Sequence record: DRR723986_5359
Reading direction: 5' to 3' (one strand)
DNA length: 64,000 nucleotides
Below, piece by piece: positions 30,879-41,459 of this stretch. Each line of letters starts with the position of its first letter. Within the stretch, counting starts at the first letter, position 1. The notes beneath the pieces are model-generated. The model was given only the letters and a program-made list of their open reading frames with translations. It made no database searches and had not been told where the DNA came from. The position numbers and the translations under genes are program-made.

Positions 30879-32219
30879 ATGAGAAAATTGCTACTTGTCA
30901 TATTTTTATTCGCGTTCTCGAGTGATTTAATTGCACAGCAAAGTTCCAATGTTGTGTTGCTTGACTATTGGACCGATACTGTGGAAATTCCCATTGCAGT
31001 AGAAGAAGCCCGATATTCGGATTTATGGGCTTTTGAGGAGAGCGGAATCGATTACGTTGCTGTTGGATCATCAAGAGGAACTGAAATATTGCGTATTGAG
31101 AATAACAGTTTAGTACATGTAGCTTATGAAGCCGGAGCTTTTCAAGGATATACTGTTGTGCATAGAGATTTCAAAACCTATCAAAATTATTTGTATGCCG
31201 TTTGTGACGAAGGAACCTCAAGTCTACAAATCTTTGATTTATCATACTTGCCAGATTCATTACACAAGGTGTATGATTCTAACCTTCATATGACCATCTG
31301 TCACAATATTTTTATCGATACCTTGAATGCAAAATTGTACGCATGCGGCCCCAATAATACGGGCATGAAGGTGTTGAGTTTGGATGATCCTGAAAATCCA
31401 AGTTTAGACACTTATTTTACGAATGTTAGTTATGTACATGATTGTTTTGTTAGAAACGATACTGCTTATTTAAATTGTGGATTTGATGGCTTGCACGTCT
31501 ATAGTTTTGCTGGCTCAGTGCCTGTTCAGTTAGGTGTGATTGATTTTTATGCCGACCAGGGATACAATCATTCAGGGTGGGTATCTCCATCAGGAAAACA
31601 ATATGCCTTCATTGACGAAACTGAAGGCACCAAAATCAAGTTATGTTATCTCAATGACTTGGCCTCAATTCAAATTGATGAGCAATTCGCACCGCAAGAA
31701 TACTTAGATTATGTACCGCATAATATAGTTTTATTAGAGAATTTGGCCTTTGTTGCCCATTACAATTTGGGTTTAAGGATATTTGATTTGACTAAGAAAC
31801 CCATAAAGGAGGTCGCCTTTTATGATACTTTTTTAGAAGATACCAAGTACAAATTGAATGGAGCATGGGGGGTATCTATTTTAGAAAAGAACAATCAAAT
31901 TCTAATCTGTGATCGGCAAAACGGAATCTTCTTGTTTTCATTTCCTATGGATGTTTTAGAAGAATCTACTAGTGACTTGATAGTTACCAACACCCCATTT
32001 ATAGATGAAAACAGTCGCATCATCCCACGTGAATATTTCAGCGAAGAAGGTTTGTCATTTTCAATTTTCGCTGCCAATGGCCAACAGGTTTTCCAGCAAG
32101 AAAATTTGATTAATTGGATAAATATCCCTCTTGGAATAGCTCCAGGAACATATGCCTATGCTGTTTACGATTCAGATAAAGAATTACTAGAATCGGGGAA
32201 GTTCGTCAAGGCGAATTAA
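30879..32219 (+). CDS. choice-of-anchor B / LVIVD-repeat secreted protein with T9SS-like CTD
   Basis: HRDFKTY, HNIFID, YVHD, YNHSGW, PHN, GAWGV; degenerate CTD GKFVK. Confidence 0.82.
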   Translation: MRKLLLVIFLFAFSSDLIAQQSSNVVLLDYWTDTVEIPIAVEEARYSDLWAFEESGIDYVAVGSSRGTEILRIENNSLVHVAYEAGAFQGYTVVHRDFKTYQNYLYAVCDEGTSSLQIFDLSYLPDSLHKVYDSNLHMTICHNIFIDTLNAKLYACGPNNTGMKVLSLDDPENPSLDTYFTNVSYVHDCFVRNDTAYLNCGFDGLHVYSFAGSVPVQLGVIDFYADQGYNHSGWVSPSGKQYAFIDETEGTKIKLCYLNDLASIQIDEQFAPQEYLDYVPHNIVLLENLAFVAHYNLGLRIFDLTKKPIKEVAFYDTFLEDTKYKLNGAWGVSILEKNNQILICDRQNGIFLFSFPMDVLEESTSDLIVTNTPFIDENSRIIPREYFSEEGLSFSIFAANGQQVFQQENLINWINIPLGIAPGTYAYAVYDSDKELLESGKFVKAN

Positions 32220-32317
32220 GGCCATCTCTTCGATTAAAAATGAGCTGTTCATAACTCTAGCCATCTCTTAGCATAAACAGTCGATTTTCTCGTCAACTTT
32301 GTAAGTCAGTTACAGAG

Positions 32318-33280
32318 ATGAAATCAATTTTTTACATAGCAGCAATAATCGTATTGAGTTCTTGTGTACCCATCAAGAAATATCAAGACCTTGAAGCAAA
32401 TTATAAAAAATCGCAAGAAGAGCAGGCCGATTTCAAAACGCGTGCCTTGGACAATGAGAACAAGGTAGCAGAATTGCAAGTAGAGCATGATGTGCTTCAA
32501 AGCGAAATCAAAAAAATAAAGGACGATACGACAGACATGGGGAATAAATTCCGCATGATGCAGGTTGAATACGATCGGGTTTCTGAATCAAACGAAGTTT
32601 TGGAGCAGAAGTACACGAAGTTATTGTCTTCAGGATCAGTAGAAACGGCAAAATTGATCAACGATTTAGAAAAAACGAGAGTAGAGCTTCAGAAAAAAGA
32701 AGATCGATTGAATCAGTTAGAAAAAGAGCTGAACGCTAGAGAAAAAATATTGGTAGAAAAAGAAGCTAGAATCAATGAATTAGAACACATCATAAAAGAA
32801 CAAGAATTAGCAGTTGAGCGCTTGCGAGAAAAAATTGCTGAGGCCTTGTTAGGTTTTAAAGATAAAGGGATATCGGTTGAAGAAAGAGACGGAAAGATTT
32901 ACGTTTCAATGGAAGCCAAATTATTATTTGCCTCAGGTAAAACAGCTGTTAATCCTGAAGGTAAAGGAGCCTTAATTGATTTGGCTAAAGTACTAGAAAC
33001 GCAAACAGACATTGATATTGTAGTAGAAGGACATACTGATTCAGACGCTATGAATTCATCTGCTCATCCTAAAGACAATTGGGAATTGAGTGTGTTGAGA
33101 GCAACTTCAGTTGTGAAAATCATGTTAGATAACAGCAACATGGATCCTTTAAATGTTACAGCTGCAGGTAGATCAGAATATCATCCGGTAGATGAGAATG
33201 ACAAAGCAAAAAATAGAAGAATTGAAATTATTATAGCACCTGATTTGAGTCAATTATTTGAGTTGATTTCAGGAAGTTAA
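32318..33280 (+). CDS. OmpA/MotB-family coiled-coil lipoprotein
   Basis: Lipobox LSSC; long coiled coil; VEGHTD, NWELSVLRA, NRRIEI. Confidence 0.9.
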   Translation: MKSIFYIAAIIVLSSCVPIKKYQDLEANYKKSQEEQADFKTRALDNENKVAELQVEHDVLQSEIKKIKDDTTDMGNKFRMMQVEYDRVSESNEVLEQKYTKLLSSGSVETAKLINDLEKTRVELQKKEDRLNQLEKELNAREKILVEKEARINELEHIIKEQELAVERLREKIAEALLGFKDKGISVEERDGKIYVSMEAKLLFASGKTAVNPEGKGALIDLAKVLETQTDIDIVVEGHTDSDAMNSSAHPKDNWELSVLRATSVVKIMLDNSNMDPLNVTAAGRSEYHPVDENDKAKNRRIEIIIAPDLSQLFELISGS

Positions 33281-33306
33281 AGAGTACAACAACAAACCAA
33301 AAACAG

Positions 33307-33349
33307 AAGCCTCTCCCATGCTACCGAAAGTGGAGGGGCTTTGTTTTTT
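33307..33349 (+). terminator. intrinsic terminator
   Basis: AAGCCTCTCC...GGAGGGGCTT stem followed by TGTTTTTT. Confidence 0.65.
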
Positions 33350-34540
33350 CTAGATTTTTGGTTCTTTCCGCACCAATTTCAAAATCAAAAAAGCCACCAA
33401 GAACATCACAAATCCTGCAATTGCTGCAAAAATGAAGCTTCCTATCAGGTATTGCTTCAAGTTCAAATACATGTCGTTTAAGGTGAATTCAGCATGCCAG
33501 TTGAGTGCAATGCTGTCATTGATAAAGATGGATCCCATCCAGTAACTAGCAAAGAGGAGTATTGGGATCATTGGTGGGATACTGATATTTGATGAAACCA
33601 AAGTAATGATGGTGTTGAGGCGTAGCAGTTTTGCAATTGCCGCTGCCACGAGCATTTGGAATCCCCAAATGGGGATGATACCCATAAAAATGCCAAAACC
33701 AACCGCAGAGGCTTTTCTGATATTTGATTCATTTTTATTATTCAACTCTTCTTTAAAACTGGCCCATAAGCCTTTTTTAATGACCTTTCTGATGAGCCGA
33801 ACATGCAAATACCATAGCAATGTTAACGTTACCAAATAAGTGTTTAAGATGCTAATTCTCGTAAAGTCTCTGAATGGTCTAAAGTGCGAAACACGTTCAT
33901 CAGGGTCATATAACACTTTGATTGGAATGGAGTGAATGGGCACAAATTTCCATGCCATTTTCACAATCACTTCAATTTCAAATTCAAACTTAGAAGTGAA
34001 GTATTTTTTTTGTTTAATCGATTTTAGTGGATACAAGCGATAGCCCGTTTGCGTATCAGGCATTTTTAAACCCGTTTCAACATAAAACCAAAAATTGGAG
34101 AACTTATTTCCGAATGAACTTTTACCCGGAACGCCTTCTTGATCCATGTTTCTTGCCCCTAAAATTAAGGCCTCTGGATGTTTTTCGCTCTCCGTTAAAA
34201 AATCTTCTAAGTTTTCAGGAAAATGTTGACCGTCTGAGTCAATAGTTATGGCATAATCAAAACCCAAATCAATGGCAGTTTTAAATCCATTTCTCAAAGC
34301 CATGCCTTTACCTTTATTCTCTTTATGGTTAAACACATGCACTTGCTCACGATATTGAGCAATTATTTTAGGTGTGCTATCGGTGGCGCCATCATTAATT
34401 ACTATGATATCATCACAGTAATTTAGTACCCCTTCAATAACACGAGCCAAGGTTTTCTCGTTGTTGTAAGTCGGAATCATGACGCAGCATTTGTGCGCCT
34501 TAAATCGGGCTTTTAAGTCTTTAGACAAAGCGAGCGGCAA
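33350..34540 (-). CDS. GT2 glycosyltransferase-DUF2062 fusion (aryl polyene/flexirubin cluster)
   Basis: IPTYNN, IDSDGQH, DTQTGYRLYP, SHFRPFRDF; C-terminal GIIPIWGFQ TM domain. Confidence 0.88.
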   Translation of the reverse strand: MPLALSKDLKARFKAHKCCVMIPTYNNEKTLARVIEGVLNYCDDIIVINDGATDSTPKIIAQYREQVHVFNHKENKGKGMALRNGFKTAIDLGFDYAITIDSDGQHFPENLEDFLTESEKHPEALILGARNMDQEGVPGKSSFGNKFSNFWFYVETGLKMPDTQTGYRLYPLKSIKQKKYFTSKFEFEIEVIVKMAWKFVPIHSIPIKVLYDPDERVSHFRPFRDFTRISILNTYLVTLTLLWYLHVRLIRKVIKKGLWASFKEELNNKNESNIRKASAVGFGIFMGIIPIWGFQMLVAAAIAKLLRLNTIITLVSSNISIPPMIPILLFASYWMGSIFINDSIALNWHAEFTLNDMYLNLKQYLIGSFIFAAIAGFVMFLVAFLILKLVRKEPKI

Positions 34541-34871
34541 TTTTAAAATAGACCTCTTCTTGAATTTTGGCCTGAGCGTTAACCGCCAATTCGTCTTCTT
34601 CTTTCACAGTGATTTCAATGTCTACATTTGAAGCAGACTCTGGTAACATCATGTTCAAAAATTTGATGTTGCGTGCTGAGCTCATCTTTAATTCACGGCC
34701 CATTTCGCCTTCAACTAAATTTTTTATCATCTGTGTAAGCATCACTCCTGGAGCCACTGCTTTTTGAGGGAAATGGCCTTTATAAACTGGGTGATTCTCG
34801 TTGAGTGAAACATTGAATTGCCATGTTTCAGTTGAAACATCCTTAGAGTTAATCGTGTAAAATGCGTCCAT
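34521..34871 (-). CDS. 3-hydroxyacyl-ACP dehydratase (FabZ/ApeI-like)
   Basis: HPVYKGHFP...PGV, NIKFL. Confidence 0.85.
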   Translation of the reverse strand: MDAFYTINSKDVSTETWQFNVSLNENHPVYKGHFPQKAVAPGVMLTQMIKNLVEGEMGRELKMSSARNIKFLNMMLPESASNVDIEITVKEEDELAVNAQAKIQEEVYFKIAARFV

Positions 34872-34875
34872 TGTC

Positions 34876-34901
34876 TTAATTTGAGCTTAAGCAAAGTTAA
34901 T
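34876..34901. repeat. 26-bp direct repeat copy 1 (contains -7 box TAACTTTG on - strand)
   Basis: TTAATTTGAGCTTAAGCAAAGTTAAT, identical to 36561-36586. Confidence 0.9.
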
Positions 34902-34925
34902 GATTATTGAAAGTGTAGATAACAT

Positions 34926-36482
34926 TTACATTTTTATTCTCAAAATTCCTGAAGTTCCAGAGTAATACTCAATTGGCATTAAGAATACACCAGTTTCATT
35001 TCTTGGTTTAATGATACGATAACCAAGCTTTCTGTTTGGTTTGATATTTTCAAATTGTTCGGAATCATAGTTAAGAAGGGTTTCCGAATGGACATTTCCG
35101 TCTTCCCTAATTTTGGCAACCTGAATAATTTTTTGTGTGACGCTATCTTTTACATCAACTTGAGGGTTTGTGACCCGTTCTGGATTTTGAACCTTTACTT
35201 TAGATTCATGAAAAATTATTACATCATTGTTATGGCTATAAATTGCTGAAGAGTAGCTATACATGAGATCTTTTGGATAGTGCGAATCAACCACGCGTCC
35301 GTCAGGATAAAAACGAGAAATTAAATAATCACCATAATGAAGGATTGTATGCGAATATCCCGGTGTCATACCGACACGAGAACCATAAGTAGAGTTGTAC
35401 CACTGCATTTCTCCAACCACGGAGATAGATCCGTCTTGATGCTTTAAAATTCGATCTAGTACTAGGAAAGCTGATTTTGTTCGTTCTTCAATTGGCTGCC
35501 GTACTTCTAGAAAAAACTTCTTTCTATTATATAAGGCGTGTTGAAGATAAATGCCATTGAAAATATGCGTTTTTATTTCTGGTTTTTCAAGATCAGGGTT
35601 GCTAATGTCAATCAGATAGGTTCCTTCAAAAACATTGCTTTTAGATCTGTAGTATAGACCAGTCACTACAGTTCTGTTCTCATGCTGAACTATCCTAGCT
35701 ACCATCAAATTGTGATTATCAAGTTTAATTTCGTTCAATTTGTTTTCATTTTTTAATAATCTCACCAATTCTAAAGACTGCACTGTATCTTGAATTCTAT
35801 TCTGTAGATAGAGGATTTCACCATTGTTTCTTACATCAAAATCAATTAATTCCAATTCGTTTAACTTAAATCCAATCTCATTAAATTCCGAAAGTGGTTG
35901 CATGTCTTTATCATGTACTTTAAAACTGGCAACAGAGCTGTCATTTTTGAATTTTTCTTCAATAACTACAAGAATTTTCGAATGGTCAGGTGAATCAATA
36001 CACCAATAGTTGAAGCCTTCTTTGGCTTTTTTAGATTTCGACTCATGAAGTAAACTTCTTTTTTCAATTTTTCCAGAAAACGTGTTCAAGATTATATAGT
36101 GCGTTTCAATTTTTTTCGTCTTTTTATTTTTTTTGCTAACGAATGAAATAATGTGATCTTCTATAAGTCTTGTAGCTTCAAATTCGAACTTTTCGGTTTC
36201 AATAATTTCAGTTAAACCTGATAGATATAACAATTTGGTCGTATTTAAATTGTCATCTATTGTTTCTAGGTAGTAGCGCCATCTTCCCTTTCCTTTGATA
36301 GGTGCTTTTCTGAATACAATGTATTGGTCATTTTCTAAAAATGCACCAATGAGAAGGGAATTTTTTAGCTCTGAATGTTCGGAGACTTTAGTATCTATCT
36401 TAATATTATCTAAATAGGTTTGACCAATACTATTTAGACTGCAAAGAAGTAATAAAATGGAGAAACTGAACTTGAATTTCAT
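34926..36482 (-). CDS. hypothetical secreted protein (beta-rich, possibly propeller)
   Basis: Signal peptide; no PKS-related motif. Confidence 0.7.
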   Translation of the reverse strand: MKFKFSFSILLLLCSLNSIGQTYLDNIKIDTKVSEHSELKNSLLIGAFLENDQYIVFRKAPIKGKGRWRYYLETIDDNLNTTKLLYLSGLTEIIETEKFEFEATRLIEDHIISFVSKKNKKTKKIETHYIILNTFSGKIEKRSLLHESKSKKAKEGFNYWCIDSPDHSKILVVIEEKFKNDSSVASFKVHDKDMQPLSEFNEIGFKLNELELIDFDVRNNGEILYLQNRIQDTVQSLELVRLLKNENKLNEIKLDNHNLMVARIVQHENRTVVTGLYYRSKSNVFEGTYLIDISNPDLEKPEIKTHIFNGIYLQHALYNRKKFFLEVRQPIEERTKSAFLVLDRILKHQDGSISVVGEMQWYNSTYGSRVGMTPGYSHTILHYGDYLISRFYPDGRVVDSHYPKDLMYSYSSAIYSHNNDVIIFHESKVKVQNPERVTNPQVDVKDSVTQKIIQVAKIREDGNVHSETLLNYDSEQFENIKPNRKLGYRIIKPRNETGVFLMPIEYYSGTSGILRIKM

Positions 36483-36560
36483 TCATGAGAGATTATTAAA
36501 CGGATCAATAGCCAATTTTCTATGATGCAGAAATTTATTGTTTAAATTGTCACTATAGGT

Positions 36561-36586
36561 TTAATTTGAGCTTAAGCAAAGTTAAT
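36561..36586. repeat. 26-bp direct repeat copy 2
   Basis: Identical to 34876-34901. Confidence 0.9.
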
Positions 36587-36609
36587 AGAGTTTTGTTATT
36601 TTCACAGCA

Positions 36610-37077
36610 ATGAAAGACGCGAACTATTGGATTGAACAGTTAGGCATGGAGCCTCATCCTGAAGGAACCTATTTTAAAGAGAATTATCGTTCATCTGAAA
36701 AGATAGAGAATCGGTCATTATTAACCAGTGTTACGATTTTAATGAAGGGTGGTACAAAGAATCTATTCCATTACTTAGAGGGAGATGAAATATGGTATTT
36801 TCATGAAGGTGATGCCATTGATGTTTTTCTGATTCACCTTGACGGAAAATTAGAAGAAATAAAATTTGGAAAGAACATTGAAGCTGGAGAACAATTACAA
36901 ATTGCCATTCCAACAGGAACTATTTTCGGAGCCATTGCATCTGAAAAGGTGAATTATTGCTTGTTTGGCTGTGCCGTAGCGCCGGGATTTGAGTTTTCAA
37001 GATTTCACCTCAGTGAAAGGGATGATTTGTTGCGCAGGTATTCAAGATATAAGGATATTATTAATCAACTCACTTAG
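36610..37077 (+). CDS. cupin (DUF985 / Cupin_5) protein
   Basis: L...PHPEG.YF, DEIWYFHEG, GCAVAPGFEF. Confidence 0.9.
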   Translation: MKDANYWIEQLGMEPHPEGTYFKENYRSSEKIENRSLLTSVTILMKGGTKNLFHYLEGDEIWYFHEGDAIDVFLIHLDGKLEEIKFGKNIEAGEQLQIAIPTGTIFGAIASEKVNYCLFGCAVAPGFEFSRFHLSERDDLLRRYSRYKDIINQLT

Positions 37078-37124
37078 GCTGCTTAATTTATATTTTTACA
37101 AATTCGAATCTAATTATCTGAGAT

Positions 37125-37736
37125 TTACTTCATCTCAAACTTAGCAGCAGAAATGGTCTCATTGAACACCGGATTAATAAAGTTGATCACCGTGTAATCA
37201 CCATTCTCTTCTTGCAAAACGACATTGTCCATCCGGTATGTTTCTTTATTAAAATTCATGATCACTTCAGAAAACATTTTTCTTAAACGTGCTTTTTTTG
37301 GTGTTAATTTGACAATCCACAAGGCAGGATTCTCAAAAAAGCTCGTGTTAAAATGATCTGAATTTAGGAGTGTTCCTGTCATTGAGCCCACCATTATTTC
37401 TTTCAAACCCTTCATGTATTTATTCTCTTCTAAACCGTGTTCGGTGATTTCTCCGTTCTCTTTTATTTTTAATACATCATCAGTAATGATCATTAAATAG
37501 GGTTTAGGCGAAACTTGTTCCCAACGCATGTTCCCTTTTTCGTAAAGCATAGACCCCTTAGTGATTAAAGGTTCTTTAGAGAATGATAAATGCTTTTTTT
37601 GTTCAAAGTCGCATTGGATGCTCGTAGTTGCTTCTGAAATTTCTTCAAATTTCTTGATGAATGCGGCCTCGTCTTTCATGGGTGTTTCAGATTGGACTCC
37701 CATGAATAATAAGCTGATAAACAATAGACTTTTCAT
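37125..37736 (-). CDS. LolA-like lipoprotein/lipid carrier of the cluster
   Basis: DFEQKKHL, G.M.Y...MRWE, LTPK, E..GDYT.I.F. Confidence 0.85.
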   Translation of the reverse strand: MKSLLFISLLFMGVQSETPMKDEAAFIKKFEEISEATTSIQCDFEQKKHLSFSKEPLITKGSMLYEKGNMRWEQVSPKPYLMIITDDVLKIKENGEITEHGLEENKYMKGLKEIMVGSMTGTLLNSDHFNTSFFENPALWIVKLTPKKARLRKMFSEVIMNFNKETYRMDNVVLQEENGDYTVINFINPVFNETISAAKFEMK

Positions 37737-37747
37737 TTAATAATCAA

Positions 37748-38500
37748 TTATGGTATTTCTGCCGGATTTAAGTTTACAATTTCCAGGCCAGTCTCTTTGC
37801 AATGCTGAATAAAAGCATCAAGAGCTAACACACTTTGCTCGCAAGTATCGTGCATCAAAACAATATGTCCTTTATTATTTAGACGTGGTTTTACTTTGGA
37901 TATCAATTTTTGAGGATCTGCAATTTGCGTGTCAAATGTTCGAATAGTCCAGCCAACACTGAGCATGTTAGTACTTAAAATGGCACGAGCAATATTCGGG
38001 TTAGTCACACCAAAAGGAGGACGGTATAAATTGGTTTTGTATCCTGCCGTATTTTCAATCGCTAAATTACATTTTTCAATTTCTTGAATGACTGATTTTG
38101 TAGAAGACCAACCAATCTTATTTTGGTGAGAAAATGAATGATTTCCGATAAAATGACCTGATTTTATCATTTTTTGGATGATTTCGGGGTGTTTTATGCA
38201 TTTATCTCCGATTACGAAAAATGTGGCTTTCACTTGATGTTTGTCCAAAACATCCAAAATTTTCAATGTGTTTTCTGATGGGCCATCATCAAATGTGAAA
38301 CAGATTTTACCAGGCTTTGCCCGATTGACTGATTTGATAAAATAATTCCATTTAATGGTAGTTACTCCAATGGCCAGAACAGCTAAAAAGAGGATTGTAA
38401 GAATTGTAATTATGGTAATTGAAAGCGCAAGTTCCTCAATGAGAAATAGCGTTGAAACTATGCCACTTAGCAAAACGAAGATGGCAATTTTGTGTTTCAT
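37748..38500 (-). CDS. polysaccharide deacetylase (CE4), membrane anchored
   Basis: TFDDGP, NHSFSH, YRPPFG, LMHD. Confidence 0.9.
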   Translation of the reverse strand: MKHKIAIFVLLSGIVSTLFLIEELALSITIITILTILFLAVLAIGVTTIKWNYFIKSVNRAKPGKICFTFDDGPSENTLKILDVLDKHQVKATFFVIGDKCIKHPEIIQKMIKSGHFIGNHSFSHQNKIGWSSTKSVIQEIEKCNLAIENTAGYKTNLYRPPFGVTNPNIARAILSTNMLSVGWTIRTFDTQIADPQKLISKVKPRLNNKGHIVLMHDTCEQSVLALDAFIQHCKETGLEIVNLNPAEIP

Positions 38501-39408
38501 GCCTGTTGAATGTAGGTCAATCCAAAATCTTTATTCTTGAAATTATTGACAATCAAAACAGATTGAGCCTTGTTGCTCTCAATGAGCTCCGTTGCCATCT
38601 GCAGCCCAAAAGCTGAATTGGTCATATAGGCTCCTGATAAGTCTGAATAACTTTGGCAATCAATGCCCTCAATATTAAGATTCCATGGAGACTCGCCTAG
38701 AAAAGAGTTACCTGTTAGAATAAGTTCAGGTCGGTTCAGTTGTTCTTGGGATAAAAAGTTCTTGATTTCTTCCTCTAAATTTTCAGATCGTAAGGTTTTA
38801 CATGCTTTAATCTCAGCCTTAGCATTTGATTGGTCTTGATTCACAATAAAGAAACTAGCGCCTTCAGATAAATTTGATGCCTCAGTTCCTGTTTTTTCGG
38901 CCAATTCAGTTAATAACGGGATTTTCTCATCTAATCCTCCAACCAATATATTTCCTTTTGTTTCTGCACAAAGCATAACGGCATCAATCAAAGCATTTTC
39001 AAAAGATTGCCCTCTTTGTGTATAGGTACTGTTGTAACAATTATCCTTCAAAATCAAACCAATTTGACCTGCAATGGTGTTATGCGTAGATTGAATAAAT
39101 GAAGTAGGTGAGAGCATTCCTTCTTTGTTCTGAATGAACTGCGATAAAAACTTTTCAGTGTTTTCTAATAATCCTAAACCGGTTCCAATGATAATGCCCT
39201 CAATCTGTAAATCACCTTTTACTTTGATGGCTGCTCCAACTCCCATTCTAATTAAAGGATTCATTCTTCTGATTAATCCAGCAGAAATGATTTGCTTATA
39301 ATCTGGATGAATAGTGGATTCAGAGACATCATTAGCCGAATTCAAAATCCCATTTTCAAATGAATCTAAGCGTGATATGGTGCGATATGAGTGAATGTAT
39401 GCTTTCAT
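38497..39408 (-). CDS. beta-ketoacyl synthase chain-length-factor-like subunit
   Basis: IRRM, GTGLG, SPTSFIQSTHNT, SFENAL; no catalytic Cys motif. Confidence 0.82.
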   Translation of the reverse strand: MKAYIHSYRTISRLDSFENGILNSANDVSESTIHPDYKQIISAGLIRRMNPLIRMGVGAAIKVKGDLQIEGIIIGTGLGLLENTEKFLSQFIQNKEGMLSPTSFIQSTHNTIAGQIGLILKDNCYNSTYTQRGQSFENALIDAVMLCAETKGNILVGGLDEKIPLLTELAEKTGTEASNLSEGASFFIVNQDQSNAKAEIKACKTLRSENLEEEIKNFLSQEQLNRPELILTGNSFLGESPWNLNIEGIDCQSYSDLSGAYMTNSAFGLQMATELIESNKAQSVLIVNNFKNKDFGLTYIQQA

Positions 39409-40589
39409 TTAGAAAATACCAGAGATGTGCTGTTGCCCCCAAATCCAAATGAATTGGATAGCACATGCGAAATAGGTTTTGATTGTATTTGGGTAACAGG
39501 AAAGTAACCCGTTTCATTCATGGGTTCAGCATGATTCAGATTAGGCAATAAAATATTTTCTTGAATGGCTAATACTGAAAAAACGGCTTCAATTCCGCCT
39601 GAAGCAGCCAAGGTATGACCTGTATAAGCTTTCGTTGAACTGAAAGGTGGAATGTTTTGGCCAAATACGTTTGTTAATGCAGTAGATTCTGATAAATCAT
39701 TGTTTGGTGTTGCGGTTCCATGGGCATTCACATAATCTATTTGTTCGGGTGTCAGTTGTGCTTTTTTAAGTGCTTGGCTCACAGCTAAGGTCGCACCGGT
39801 TCCTTCTGGTGAAGATGCTGTTTGGTGGTACGAGTCATTGGCGTTGGCCCAGCCAGAGACATTCGCTAATACTTTATTATTTGAAATGGCTAAAGACTTT
39901 TCGCTTTCTAACAAAACAAATCCGGCTCCTTCACCTAAATTTAATCCTTTGCGATTGTTGTCAAAGGGCTTGCACCATTCGGTATCATAAATGCCGAGCG
40001 AATCAAACCCATTAAGCGTAAAATTGCTAATCGCATCACCACCACCAACTAAAACACGATCTAAAATATCTGCTTCAATTAATCTAGCACCTAATAGAAC
40101 AGCATTCGCACCTGATGAACAGGCCGTAGAAATGGTGAATTTATAGGTGTTAATGTCTAAATATTCGGCAAGAATATCAGTGCCTGCTCCGTTGTCATGA
40201 ACAGCTAAATGTGCTAGTTTACTCCAGTTATTTTCATCTTTTAGATCAAAATAAAATTGTTCTGAAAGCTCCATCCCACCAATTGACGTTGCTGAAATGA
40301 TTCCAGTTCGTAATTGATTATGTTGTGAATTATCACCCCAAGCTTGTTTAGCCGCAACCATTGAAAGTAGGGTTGATCTCGGAACAATTTTGTCTGCTGA
40401 AATATTGAGCTTAGACTTTAATTCTTGATCGGATAGGTCTACTTGACCCCCTAAATACGGTTTTCTGAGATGTTTGAAGTGTTGGATTTTAGCAATACCT
40501 GTTTTGGCTGACTTCAATGAAGCCAAATTTTCTTCCACCGAATTTCCAATGGATGAAATAACACCAATTCCAGTGATTGCTATTCCCAT
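39405..40589 (-). CDS. beta-ketoacyl-ACP synthase
   Basis: STACSSG, NAHGTAT, TGHTL triad; SFGFGG. Confidence 0.92.
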   Translation of the reverse strand: MGIAITGIGVISSIGNSVEENLASLKSAKTGIAKIQHFKHLRKPYLGGQVDLSDQELKSKLNISADKIVPRSTLLSMVAAKQAWGDNSQHNQLRTGIISATSIGGMELSEQFYFDLKDENNWSKLAHLAVHDNGAGTDILAEYLDINTYKFTISTACSSGANAVLLGARLIEADILDRVLVGGGDAISNFTLNGFDSLGIYDTEWCKPFDNNRKGLNLGEGAGFVLLESEKSLAISNNKVLANVSGWANANDSYHQTASSPEGTGATLAVSQALKKAQLTPEQIDYVNAHGTATPNNDLSESTALTNVFGQNIPPFSSTKAYTGHTLAASGGIEAVFSVLAIQENILLPNLNHAEPMNETGYFPVTQIQSKPISHVLSNSFGFGGNSTSLVFSK

Positions 40590-40592
40590 TGG

Positions 40593-40847
40593 TTATGCGC
40601 GGTTAGCAGTAATGTAATTCGCTAATGATTCAACTGACTCGAAAATTTCTTTACCTTTTTCAGGGTCAGCAACTGCAATGCCATATTCTTGATCAAGCAA
40701 TACAATTAATTCTAAGGCGTCAATAGAATCAAGCCCTAATCCATCTCCGAAAAGTGGATCACTTGTACCAATATCTTCTGGTTTTATGTCTTCAAGATTT
40801 AAACACTCAATAATTTGAGATTTTAAATTGCTTACTAATTCTTCCAT
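40593..40847 (-). CDS. acyl carrier protein
   Basis: GLGLDSIDALEL. Confidence 0.92.
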   Translation of the reverse strand: MEELVSNLKSQIIECLNLEDIKPEDIGTSDPLFGDGLGLDSIDALELIVLLDQEYGIAVADPEKGKEIFESVESLANYITANRA

Positions 40848-40850
40848 TTC

Positions 40851-41459
40851 TTATTTTTTATCAAAAATATCGGTGAGATTTTCCAAATTAAATGCTGGTC
40901 CATCATTTCCGGTTTCAATTATTGCCATTTTAAGACTATGTTGATTCTGGTAAGAATCTAAACAGCCAATTAAACAGGTTTTAGCTTTATTATTTAGAAT
41001 AAGTCCCGTTGCATGTCGAATTAAATTATCCAATTTACGCGGTTCTTCAATGAATAATATGCTTTCACCAAACCATTTATTTTTAATTGATATTTCACCA
41101 ATCACAATATTTGATAAGGTATAAACAAATATAGCAGGACTTGGTGACTTTTCATCTACTCGTGCTTGATGATTGATGTCAGTTTCTAAACATCCGTATT
41201 TAGTTTGCAGAACGATCCCTAAATCATCTTCTCCCATTTGAGCCAGGGACGTGCTTACACTTTTTAATAGTTCAACCCCTAGAAGGCCAAGTTTAGATAG
41301 ATTATCCATTTTATAAAATTTAGGATAATCAACTTTTAAATGAACATATAAGTCTTTTAATAGATCGTTTTGACTCGATTTAAATCCGTTTAAATTTTCT
41401 CCGTTTAAGCTAACAGTTCCATTTTCAATGTTGCAATATGTCCGAATCTTCAGGTTCAT
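40851..41459 (-). CDS. short KS partner / CLF-like protein
   Basis: YPKFYKMDNLSKL, SPAIFVYTL.NIVIGEISIK. Confidence 0.8.
   Translation of the reverse strand: MNLKIRTYCNIENGTVSLNGENLNGFKSSQNDLLKDLYVHLKVDYPKFYKMDNLSKLGLLGVELLKSVSTSLAQMGEDDLGIVLQTKYGCLETDINHQARVDEKSPSPAIFVYTLSNIVIGEISIKNKWFGESILFIEEPRKLDNLIRHATGLILNNKAKTCLIGCLDSYQNQHSLKMAIIETGNDGPAFNLENLTDIFDKK

Noticed and set aside
32318-33280. Flagellar motor MotB implying flagella
   Set aside because: It is a lipoprotein with no MotB TM-Asp and no motA partner; this is a common Bacteroidota peptidoglycan-binding family.
34876-36586. IS element or CRISPR repeat
   Set aside because: Only two copies 1.7 kb apart, with no inverted repeats, transposase or spacers.
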